From positions 1 to 34,179 of the forward strand of contig WRHS01000003.1 of the NCBI GenBank assembly GCA_009783135.1: DNA of 34,179 bases. Reading direction: 5' to 3'. Within the stretch, counting starts at the first letter, position 1; every line of letters begins with the position of its first letter. The position numbers and the translations under genes were made by a program. This document shows, piece after piece, positions 8,131 to 16,365 of the stretch. Source of the DNA: Dehalococcoidia bacterium (GTDB lineage: Bacteria; Chloroflexota; Dehalococcoidia; Dehalococcoidales; UBA1222). The notes under the pieces were generated by a model, which saw only the letters and a program-made list of their open reading frames with translations, was not told the origin of the DNA and ran no database searches.

Positions 8131-9561
8131 TTACAGTGCCCTGTTTTCCAACCATTTCATTGCCATTTCTTCTCCATCTTCAATTGCCATTTCGACAGCT
8201 AGTTTTGCAGAATTAAGCAAATATTCGGATTGTCTGCGAAGTTCAAATGACTGCTGTACATCAATTGCGATTTTATGTTGAACTGATTTAGCAACTAAAG
8301 GAATGACAAATTTCTGTATGTCTTTTGGATAAATATAAGGCTGAGCAGAAGCACTTTTCCATTTCTCTGCTTGCATTCGACCAATAAAGGAATTAAGAGC
8401 GACGCCAAGATATATGAGGTCAACCTTTTTCTTGTCTGCTCTAATTATCGTTATGAAACTCCCTGCCATTGATGGTGTTTCTACAAAATAGTTGTGACAA
8501 TAACCAATATTGGCTCCAACAGAATAATACAGAATATCGTGCATGCGTGAGACGTATTCGCTATTTGCATCTGCAAATTCTTGTGAAGTATAAGGCTCGT
8601 CTTCTGCTGTCAGAAAGGAATAGTCGATTGACTTATCACCTATCCATTTTTGTGAAAAAACTTTTACTTTGCCGTTATCGATATATGGTGGCTGTTTCCC
8701 ATGGTCAATAAATGAAACCAACTCTAAAACGCTTGAATAATCCCCAGATTTGACTGCGTTTTCAACATCTTCGAATTTCTTTTGATAATACTCCGCGTCC
8801 AATCTCCCACTTGTTCCAAAACTCTCTGAAAATGACTTGATTGAAACGGGTTCGTTTGATGGAGTGAAATTTTCCATTCCAAGCGCCGAGAGTAAGCGCG
8901 ATTCAGCAGATGCATAGAGGTTGGCGGATTGCGATAATAAATTCTCAATTTTTGCAAAATGCACAGCTAGCTGTTTCTGGAATCTTTCAGAAGCTAGAGC
9001 AATTTTTAATTCACTTATAAGTCCCATATTGATATTGGGTTGTGCTGTAATAGTCTTAAAACGATTTATTTGATTTTGCCCATATCGCGTGTTTAGAAAT
9101 GTTGAAATATAATATGGCTCATACCCTTCCATAACGGACAATTTAGCTATAGCTTGATTTGAGCTGGAAACGAAATCCTTATCATAGACTGCAACTCTAC
9201 CTAGTGACCCCGCCATCGTAATAAGCACTTGGTTCTTAACGCAATGAGACTTGTGCAATAAAGCGTGGCTTTTATCATCAATATGTCTAATGTCTGACCA
9301 GTCGATGTAGTTATGGTTAATATTTTGAGTCATCAAAAAAGGATGCCCAATATCAGAAAACACAATTTCATTACACAGCGAATATGCTCCGAAATTTTGT
9401 ATCTTTGTTGTACAGTCTTTTAGGCGCTTATGAGGGATAGAAGAGAGATGCTTTTCTGTAAGAACATAATCTTTCTGGTATGTGTTTGCATCTATCCTAA
9501 AATCAATTATCTTTAAGCATTCGCTGATGTTGATTTCTACTGCTTCCAGCCCGCTCATCAA
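8131..9561 (-). CDS. Restriction-modification specificity (S) subunit with two TRDs; may be expressed as the frameshifted C-terminus of RM
   Basis: Duplicated architecture (RIDANTYQK / RLDAEYYQK; AQPNIN / AQPYIY; helical spacers); weak SD and a start codon buried in a hairpin. Confidence 0.85.
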   Translation of the reverse strand: MMSGLEAVEINISECLKIIDFRIDANTYQKDYVLTEKHLSSIPHKRLKDCTTKIQNFGAYSLCNEIVFSDIGHPFLMTQNINHNYIDWSDIRHIDDKSHALLHKSHCVKNQVLITMAGSLGRVAVYDKDFVSSSNQAIAKLSVMEGYEPYYISTFLNTRYGQNQINRFKTITAQPNINMGLISELKIALASERFQKQLAVHFAKIENLLSQSANLYASAESRLLSALGMENFTPSNEPVSIKSFSESFGTSGRLDAEYYQKKFEDVENAVKSGDYSSVLELVSFIDHGKQPPYIDNGKVKVFSQKWIGDKSIDYSFLTAEDEPYTSQEFADANSEYVSRMHDILYYSVGANIGYCHNYFVETPSMAGSFITIIRADKKKVDLIYLGVALNSFIGRMQAEKWKSASAQPYIYPKDIQKFVIPLVAKSVQHKIAIDVQQSFELRRQSEYLLNSAKLAVEMAIEDGEEMAMKWLENRAL

Positions 9562-9606
9562 TGCTTCATATTTTGAAGCGTCAAATGGCGGGCTTAGGCG
9601 AAAAAA
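9548..9606 (-). promoter_or_regulatory. Candidate programmed -1 frameshift signal (slippery heptamer plus stimulatory stem-loop)
   Basis: T_TTT_TTC at 9606-9600 in the RM frame, spacer GCCTA, then stem-loop 9594-9548. The -1 frame is open into S. Confidence 0.65.
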
Positions 9607-11588
9607 CTTAACTTTTCGCGTTTGGCAAATTCAATAAACGCTTCAGCAATTCCGTCTTGAGTTAAACCACCATGGTTAAAGAGATCATGATCCACATACA
9701 AATGACCATGTTTATCAATTTTAGCTTTGCCATTGTCATCTTTAACATGGATTTTTTCACCGCTATTGTCTTTACTTGATTTTTGCATTGTGGCAAAGAA
9801 AATAGGGTAATCGTCTTTGTGCGGGCATAATTCATCGTCCCATTTTTGAACAAATAAAACACTAGTTTTGGTCCCGGTATGCGGCTTGAATACATTGCCA
9901 TGAAGCCCGACTACCGCAAGGATGCGGCATTGCGCTGCAATATAATCACGGATTCGTTTATCGCTTGAGTTATTGAAGCGCCCTTGAGGTAATACAATAG
10001 CCATACGTCCGCCTGGCTTAAGGAAATTCAAATTTCTTTCTATGAATAATATGTCGCGTCCAACCTTGTTTTGCTGTTTACCCTTTTCGTTTTTTCCTAG
10101 TTCGTAACGTGAAAGAATAGTGCCTTCCTTGATATCTCCGGCAAAAGGTGGGTTTGCCGTTAGTAAGTCAAATGAAAACTGGCTAAAATCATCGTCATCC
10201 GCACCATTTGGGCGGATATCAAGAAGACGTTCAAACCCTGTATTGTAGTTTCGTTTCCATGTTCTACCACTAGTTGTTTCATTCCAGCGTCCGTAATCTA
10301 GCGTATTGAGATGCAATACATTGCTTTGTCCATCGCCAGCGATTAAATTTAATGTACGAGCAACACGCACAGTCTTTTCGTCGAAATCAATGGCAAAGAC
10401 ATGGTCGCGAACAAAAGAGCTTTCACGTTCTGTGCGCTTATCAGTGGTAAAACCTTCCCCTTCTGGTTGGTTCATTTCTTTGCGAATACCTTTCCAAACA
10501 TGGAAAATCGCATGTACTGGAAAGCCTGAACTACCCGCTGCGGTATCAATAATGTTTTCATGCTCTTGCGGGTTCATCATCTTGACACACATATCAATAA
10601 CATAGCGCGGCGTGAAGTATTGCCCTTTTTCGCCTTTTTGGGATTTGCTCAATAGGTATTCAAATGCGTCATCCACAACGTCAAGATTATTATTGAATAG
10701 CTTGATATCCTGTAGCGTAGAGATACAGATAGCCAAATGCGATGGTGTAAGTTGGATAGTATCGCTGTCAGAAAATATTCCAGGCCACTTCTTTTTTGCT
10801 GACTTGAAAAGCTCTTCGATTTTGGCTTTAAGTTCGCTTTCTGTGTCGCCACCATTGCGAAATTGTAAATAGTAATTAGTATCATTAGCTGCAATGAGTT
10901 CATCATATAGTTTTACAAAAATTAGCTTGAATACTTCTTCAAAACTATCTACACCCGCATTTGCAAGCACTTCATCCTCAATTTCAACAATGATATCGCG
11001 TAGTGCTTTTCCCTCGTTTGAAATTTTGTCGCGTTTCTTCAACTCTTCGTAATTTATTCGCTCGTTAAGTATGTCGGATAGCTTTTCAGATGCTTTGGGA
11101 ATATCGGATAACTGTTCAAAGTAATTTGGGTCTTTGCGGTTATAACAGGATATCTGCTGCCCATTTGTCCAAACGGCAATAGGCGCTCCAGTGGCGTTGG
11201 TGTACGATTTAAGCTGTTCCTTTCCGTCTTTGAGAAGAGGCTTCTTTGTTTCAACAATTATGTACGGAGCCGTAGTATTGAGTTTATCCATGACTACGAT
11301 ATCGGCGCGCTTTTCCTCCCGTCCAAAATTAACTGTATATTCCACTTGCAAGCGGTCTACAGGATAATTGTATTTATTTATCAAACGGTAAAGATATAAC
11401 TGCCTTACAATTTCTTCTGGAGTAAGTTTAATATCCTTGTTCCGGACGAGGCATTTGGTATAGGCAACATCACGGGCTTTACCAGCGACTTGCTTAAGGA
11501 AAATTCGAGCTTCAATGGCTGTTAACTCTTCGTCATTGAAAAGAGAGTACCCATAGCCTGAATTAAATAATACATCTGAAATATTCAT
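9594..11588 (-). CDS. Fused restriction endonuclease / N6-adenine methyltransferase (type IIB/IIG-like RM subunit)
   Basis: N-terminal HsdR-N-like PD-(D/E)xK nuclease (PEEIVRQ, RADIVV...IVETKK), then GQYFTPR, motif I DTAAGSSGF and motif IV NPPF. No helicase HsdR nearby. Confidence 0.88.
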   Translation of the reverse strand: MNISDVLFNSGYGYSLFNDEELTAIEARIFLKQVAGKARDVAYTKCLVRNKDIKLTPEEIVRQLYLYRLINKYNYPVDRLQVEYTVNFGREEKRADIVVMDKLNTTAPYIIVETKKPLLKDGKEQLKSYTNATGAPIAVWTNGQQISCYNRKDPNYFEQLSDIPKASEKLSDILNERINYEELKKRDKISNEGKALRDIIVEIEDEVLANAGVDSFEEVFKLIFVKLYDELIAANDTNYYLQFRNGGDTESELKAKIEELFKSAKKKWPGIFSDSDTIQLTPSHLAICISTLQDIKLFNNNLDVVDDAFEYLLSKSQKGEKGQYFTPRYVIDMCVKMMNPQEHENIIDTAAGSSGFPVHAIFHVWKGIRKEMNQPEGEGFTTDKRTERESSFVRDHVFAIDFDEKTVRVARTLNLIAGDGQSNVLHLNTLDYGRWNETTSGRTWKRNYNTGFERLLDIRPNGADDDDFSQFSFDLLTANPPFAGDIKEGTILSRYELGKNEKGKQQNKVGRDILFIERNLNFLKPGGRMAIVLPQGRFNNSSDKRIRDYIAAQCRILAVVGLHGNVFKPHTGTKTSVLFVQKWDDELCPHKDDYPIFFATMQKSSKDNSGEKIHVKDDNGKAKIDKHGHLYVDHDLFNHGGLTQDGIAEAFIEFAKREKLSFFA

Positions 11589-11695
11589 TCATAGTCCCTT
11601 CCCGTTGAGTGGAGTATTTTGCAACATACAAAATATAGAACAAATCCGAAGCCATTGCCAATAAGGACGACAAGGTTCGGATTATCTGGTAGTTA

Positions 11696-11767
11696 TGGAG
11701 CTGAGGGGATTCGAACCCCTGACCCTCTGAATGCAAATCAGATGCTCTCCCGCTAAGCTACAGCCCC
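11696..11767 (-). tRNA. tRNA-Ala(TGC), CCA not encoded
   Basis: GGGGCTGTAGCTTAGCGGGAGAGCATCTGATTTGCATTCAGAGGGTCAGGGGTTCGAATCCCCTCAGCTCCA: cloverleaf, G3:U70 pair, anticodon TGC, GTTCGAATC T-loop. Confidence 0.96.
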
Positions 11768-11936
11768 ATGCGCCCACATTATAGCAGGCTGGTGCAAAAA
11801 GCAGAAATTCGCAACGGCATCACCCGCCGCCATGACCATGCCGAAAACGCAGTATGCGCATATAAGACAGACACGCCTAAGCCGACAATAATACAGCTTG
11901 ACCTAAAATTACCGCACGCCTAATTGCCGCATACTG

Positions 11937-13544
11937 CTACCGCCACAAATTATTTATATCCTCTTCTATTTCCTTTGGATTTGGCTGCTCGGATGAGATT
12001 TCTTTATAGAATCCCTCCGTGCCGTATTCGCGCGGGCAGAAGGCAACCGGCATTGGTACGGCATGCCCGAAAATTAGCGCCTGTTGCTTGGCAGCCAGTC
12101 TGGCAAGCACGCCTTTAAGTCCGCTTTTGCCGGACGTGCCGGCAAGCACGCTGTCGATGTCGCGTTCGTTATCCAGCAAACAGGTGATTTTGGTTCCCAG
12201 CTGGCTCATGACCTCGGTATCAATGCCTGATGGTCTTTGGTCTATGACCAGCAGGGTGCAGTTATACTTGCGCATTTCGCGGGCGATGGTGCCGAAGATG
12301 GTTTGGGATGCCACCTCGGCATTAAGGAACTTGTGCGCCTCCTCAATGGTGATGACCAGCGGCTTGGGTGCGGCGCTGCCGTCGGCAATGGACCTTTCGG
12401 TGCGCTCGCGGTACTTGTCATAAATGCGCCTTGTCAGCAAATTGGCAACCAGTATATATGCCGCAATATCGGTAAATCGTCCGAATTCCAGCACCACATG
12501 GGTTCCGTTTTCCAGACGGGTCAGTATCTGGGATACGGCTTGCTGCTCTACGTGCGGCTGTGTGAAAGTCAGCCTTGTCAGGGATGTAAGCCCGCGCTTA
12601 AGTGACTGGAAGCTCCCTTCGTGGATATTCAGCGCATTCAGTACTTTGGCGCTGTCCTCGCCGTCCAGATTCAAAGTTTTATTTATCCAGTCTTTTCCGA
12701 AATGCTTGCGCAGTGAATAAGACGCATCAACCGCAAGGTCTGTAAGATTAAGCGTCTGGCGCAGCAATGAAATATCCTCGGGCTCAATTTCGTCGTAGCC
12801 TATTTTAGCTACGAAATCTGGCGTTACCATGCGTTGTCTGGCGTTTTCCTCATCCAGCGTGAAAATAGCCACCTTTGAGCCGAAAAGTTGTTTGAGGGCT
12901 TTTACGTCGCGCCCTTTTTCGTTGCGGTGTTTCCATCCGTATTCCGAGTGCATGTCGAAGACAAGATTTACGGCGGCGCTTTTTTGCAGAATACCAATCA
13001 GCAGCATGCGCGTGAGGAATGTTTTACCCGTGCCGCTCTTGCCGAAAATACCGTTGGAGCGCTTTACCATCTCCGGCAAATTAAGGCATAGCTTGGTTTC
13101 CATATCCAGCGGGTTGCCAATCCAGAACTTTTTGTCATCTTCCTTACCGAAAACAAGTTCAATATCCGCATCAGAGGAAAGCCCCACCGGAGAAAAGTGG
13201 CTTGGTATGGTCTTGACCGGCTGCGGTTCGTTTACATCCGGCTGTGCGGCGCCTCCTATAAGCAGATACGGCGTTACGGTCAGCATGCCGTAGGCTGAGG
13301 TGCCCGAAAGTACCTCGGCGCTGAAATCGTCATCGGCTGACGGCGGGAAAAAGGTCATATGCTGGTCGCTGGCATCCAGCTTTACATCGGTAATCATACC
13401 CAGAAAGCGGTGCTTTTGCCCCTCAATAGTTACGTAGTGCCCCACGACGACATCTTCAACTGACGTATGCCCGTCCATGCGCACGGCGACGCCGTCGCTC
13501 AGTGAGCCGGAAACCACAATGCCCAGTCTGCTCTCTCTATTCAT
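11937..13544 (-). CDS. herA: HerA-family ATPase/helicase with N-terminal HAS barrel
   Basis: Walker A GKSGTGKT, Walker B ITIEEAHKF, REMRKY, DQRPS; in an operon with nurA. Confidence 0.88.
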   Translation of the reverse strand: MNRESRLGIVVSGSLSDGVAVRMDGHTSVEDVVVGHYVTIEGQKHRFLGMITDVKLDASDQHMTFFPPSADDDFSAEVLSGTSAYGMLTVTPYLLIGGAAQPDVNEPQPVKTIPSHFSPVGLSSDADIELVFGKEDDKKFWIGNPLDMETKLCLNLPEMVKRSNGIFGKSGTGKTFLTRMLLIGILQKSAAVNLVFDMHSEYGWKHRNEKGRDVKALKQLFGSKVAIFTLDEENARQRMVTPDFVAKIGYDEIEPEDISLLRQTLNLTDLAVDASYSLRKHFGKDWINKTLNLDGEDSAKVLNALNIHEGSFQSLKRGLTSLTRLTFTQPHVEQQAVSQILTRLENGTHVVLEFGRFTDIAAYILVANLLTRRIYDKYRERTERSIADGSAAPKPLVITIEEAHKFLNAEVASQTIFGTIAREMRKYNCTLLVIDQRPSGIDTEVMSQLGTKITCLLDNERDIDSVLAGTSGKSGLKGVLARLAAKQQALIFGHAVPMPVAFCPREYGTEGFYKEISSEQPNPKEIEEDINNLWR

Positions 13545-14140
13545 GGTTTTATCCTTTCCAGTATGGCCTTTAGTCTGGCATAGTCCTGCCCAAGCAGTGC
13601 CGCCAGTTCCTTGCCCGCATTGACCAAAAAGGCCCGCGGGTCCTCCTGTGAGGCGCTCATCAGGCGCAGCACGGCGGCAATTAACTCATCCGACGGCGTT
13701 TCCGCCTTGGCGTTGACCAGCAGCGTCAAAAATGTGTAACAGCGGCTGAAGCCGGCAATTTCCTCGCTGCTGCATTCGTAAACAAAGCCGTGTAAACGTG
13801 CCGGACGCGGCGGCAGGTATTGATTCACTCGTCCGTCTCTCTTATGCCCTACAACCAGCGCGGCGAACTCGCTGCGCAGCAGCTTGACAAGCTGCGGATT
13901 TGCCTTGAAAACGGCCTCCTCCGAAGGCTCGTCCTTGCCGCGCGCTATGGGCTTGCGCCCGGGTTCTATTCCTTCGGTGAATGCCTGATATACCACGGCA
14001 TAAAGTTCGTTGTCGCCCTCGTTTGTTTTAACCAGTGTCCCAAGAGGCGGCAGGGAGTACAACTCATAACACTGGGCACAAAATGTTGTGCTGGATGCCT
14101 GGATAACCTCTCCTAAACGCGTCTGTGATAATTCTTGCAT
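13541..14140 (-). CDS. HAS-barrel-like protein of the nurA-herA operon
   Basis: SD GGAGG before ATG 14140; FCAQCYELYSLPPLGTLVK and QYLPPRPARLH; ATGA overlap with herA. Confidence 0.7.
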   Translation of the reverse strand: MQELSQTRLGEVIQASSTTFCAQCYELYSLPPLGTLVKTNEGDNELYAVVYQAFTEGIEPGRKPIARGKDEPSEEAVFKANPQLVKLLRSEFAALVVGHKRDGRVNQYLPPRPARLHGFVYECSSEEIAGFSRCYTFLTLLVNAKAETPSDELIAAVLRLMSASQEDPRAFLVNAGKELAALLGQDYARLKAILERIKP

Positions 14141-14171
14141 GTCTTGCCTCCATTCTGCTTTGCAGGTGAGT

Positions 14172-15377
14172 TCAAAGCCACTTTGTTTTTTTACTGCTGC
14201 TTTTTGCCGATGATGCGGAACTAATATGCTCATCGGCCAGCCACGTTGCCAGCAGTTGCTGGAAATTTTCCCGGTCGGAGGCGCTCACCACGGCCTGCTC
14301 GTGCGCCTCAGACAGTGCCACGGGATAACCGTTGCCGCGCTGGCACTGGTCGAAAATCAAAGCGTGAGTCAGATCAAGCTTTTGTTTGTCACGTGCGATC
14401 CACTGCGGGATTTCCACGCGTGCGATTTCATCCTCCAGTTTGAGATAAAAGAAATGCACGGCGTGTCCGGCGTATTTTTCCCTGACGATTTTTGCCTGAC
14501 TGGTAAAAAGGGCCGAGCGTTCCCCTGTGACGAGCAACTCAAAGAATAATTCCTGATCCTGCACGCCGGAAAGAACGTCGCAAGGGCGCTGCCCGACGGG
14601 CTTGTACCCGCAGTGCCTTGAGCAGTCAGCCGTATTGTTCGGGCATATGAGCAGTCGCAGCGTATTGGCCACATTTACCGAGCGCGGGAAGCTGATATAG
14701 CTTGCAAGTGACAGGGGTTGTTTTTGCGCCAGTGCTTGCATTTCATCGAGATATTTCATAAAGCCGTTGTCCAGCAGTTCGGTTACCACGAAATCGGGGA
14801 ATTCCTTGCCGGATAGCTGCCACATAATCAGAGAGCCATCGATGACTGCCAGCGCCGGCTGCCCCGTTGGCAGTTCGGTTGCCATTTCCTTTAAGTGGCG
14901 GCATTCGTCCACCGAGCGCTTGAGATTTAGCAGGGGTCCTTCAACCATCTGCACCTGATGACCGGATGCTATAACCGTGTCGTTGTCGCCTGCGTATAAC
15001 AGAGGCAAACTCTCCAGTTTGGCTTCGGTCTTTTGTCCGTAATCCAGCCGCACCTGCCCTATATTAATCAGGTAACAGCGTGTTGACTGGTGCCGGTCAA
15101 CGTCAATCTGTGAGCCGTCCGTTGCAATGATGCTGAAATCCTCCGGAATGGAAATTGGCGGCACATGTGTGTAAAGAGGCTCTACCGGTCCCGCCAAAAG
15201 AAACGGGGAGGTATTCAGGCTTTGGGCGACTTTTTCCTTTAGATTGGTGAATTCGGGTTCATTGAGCGCAAGCAGACTGCGGGCTTTTTCCAGTCGGGCG
15301 CCTTTGTCGTGACCGCCGACTTTAAGCTGCTCCACCATGTTTTGCATTTGTGCGGCTACGTAATTTAGGTTCAGCAT
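14172..15377 (-). CDS. nurA: NurA-family 5'-3' nuclease
   Basis: ATDGSQI, IDGSLI, ARVEIP and GYPVALSEAHEQAVV motifs. Confidence 0.9.
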   Translation of the reverse strand: MLNLNYVAAQMQNMVEQLKVGGHDKGARLEKARSLLALNEPEFTNLKEKVAQSLNTSPFLLAGPVEPLYTHVPPISIPEDFSIIATDGSQIDVDRHQSTRCYLINIGQVRLDYGQKTEAKLESLPLLYAGDNDTVIASGHQVQMVEGPLLNLKRSVDECRHLKEMATELPTGQPALAVIDGSLIMWQLSGKEFPDFVVTELLDNGFMKYLDEMQALAQKQPLSLASYISFPRSVNVANTLRLLICPNNTADCSRHCGYKPVGQRPCDVLSGVQDQELFFELLVTGERSALFTSQAKIVREKYAGHAVHFFYLKLEDEIARVEIPQWIARDKQKLDLTHALIFDQCQRGNGYPVALSEAHEQAVVSASDRENFQQLLATWLADEHISSASSAKSSSKKTKWL

Positions 15378-15458
15378 GTTTTGTCTCTTTGGCCTGCCCT
15401 AGTATAGTCGAAAAACTGCTGCAGGTCTAAAATGGGCATGGTTTGGGGCGGCGTCAAC

Positions 15459-16070
15459 TTATTGTAGGGTTTCTCCCGTGACTGAACTGGAGTTATCATT
15501 TTTTACGCCTTGGTCTAATGCCGCAGCCGGTGGGGTCAATGCCAAATTGTGTTCTTTAGCATACTCGATGCACTTTTCCTCTAGCAGCTTGAAGTTGCAG
15601 CAAAGGTATTTGAATTTTCTGACTTGTCTGTCGGCGCTATTCCTATAAACCGGATTAGTAACCTTATCATAAACTTCGGCCGCCATAGCCCTAATTCTTT
15701 CAGGGCTATTTCCTTCACGGCAATAATAGTATTCTTCGTTTAACAATGACCTATAACTAACGTCCTGCTCATTTTTAATAATTTTTCTTTTTTCTAAACC
15801 ATACGGTATAGGCACCATATACTGAAAACAAACATTTGAAATCTTTTTCCCGCTTCTCTCTTGGATTACAAAGTTTGTCGGCGTATTTCTGATATGAGAA
15901 GAAACCGGTGCAAAATACCTAATACCTTTTTCTGTTTCAAACACCACTCCGCATAGAAATTTGTTGTGTGGGCTTGTAGTTGAATAGTCGAATTTAGGTA
16001 TCCTTGGTTCGAATTTTCTCAGATAATCTGCGTATGCCGCATCTATGTCATAAAAGTCTAAACTGCTCAT
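15459..16070 (-). CDS. toxN: Type III toxin-antitoxin ToxN/AbiQ-family endoribonuclease toxin
   Basis: FYDIDAAYADYLRKFEPRIP, KFLCGVV, YFAPVSS, FQYMVPIP, YRSLLNEEY, CCNFKLLEEKCIEY; preceded by promoter, pseudoknot and terminator. Confidence 0.85.
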   Translation of the reverse strand: MSSLDFYDIDAAYADYLRKFEPRIPKFDYSTTSPHNKFLCGVVFETEKGIRYFAPVSSHIRNTPTNFVIQERSGKKISNVCFQYMVPIPYGLEKRKIIKNEQDVSYRSLLNEEYYYCREGNSPERIRAMAAEVYDKVTNPVYRNSADRQVRKFKYLCCNFKLLEEKCIEYAKEHNLALTPPAAALDQGVKNDNSSSVTGETLQ

Positions 16071-16080
16071 CGCATAGTCC

Positions 16081-16112
16081 ATAAACAACGAGGGCGACGT
16101 ATGTCGCCCTCG
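16081..16112 (-). terminator. Intrinsic terminator between the antitoxin RNA and the toxin
   Basis: CGAGGGCGAC-ATAC-GTCGCCCTCG followed by TTGTTTAT. Confidence 0.85.
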
Positions 16113-16152
16113 CCAAGATACAACTCGCGCTTAACGGTGGCGAAGCACCTTT
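16113..16152 (-). ncRNA. toxI: ToxI-like RNA antitoxin, single pseudoknot unit
   Basis: AAAGGUGCUUCGCCACCGUUAAGCGCGAGUUGUAUCUUGG: S1 GGUG/CACC, S2 UUCGC/GCGAG (H-type pseudoknot). Confidence 0.75.
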
Positions 16153-16157
16153 ACACT

Positions 16158-16185
16158 ATTATACTCCGATGAAATACTGTGTCAA
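16158..16185 (-). promoter_or_regulatory. Consensus promoter of toxIN
   Basis: TTGACA-16-TATAAT. Confidence 0.8.
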
Positions 16186-16365
16186 CTGTTTTTCACCCAT
16201 TGTTTTATGACTAATTCTTCTACAAGCACTTTACCACAAGCACGCTTTGAGGCTTTCTGTGAAATAGTACCAACGGTTTCACTATTAGTCTCATCAGTCT
16301 CAACTAAATATGAGAAAATATACTCGCCAAAATTGAACTAACCGTTGTTATCAAGAGGCACCTGC

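Larger units (their letters stand above)
7560..11695. mobile_element. AT-rich defence islet inserted at the 3' side of tRNA-Ala (no integrase in the window; boundaries approximate)
   Basis: Visibly lower GC than the flanks, carries an RM system and abuts the tRNA 3' end. No att duplication was found. Confidence 0.5.

Noticed and set aside
8131-11588. Incomplete type I RM system lacking hsdR
   Set aside because: The nuclease motif is fused to the methylase N-terminus, so a separate helicase subunit is not expected.
11937-15377. HerA operon as a novel anti-phage system, given its position between RM and ToxN
   Set aside because: The partner is NurA plus a HAS-barrel protein, the known DNA end-resection module, and the composition matches the host backbone. 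No Sir2 or DUF4297 partner is present.
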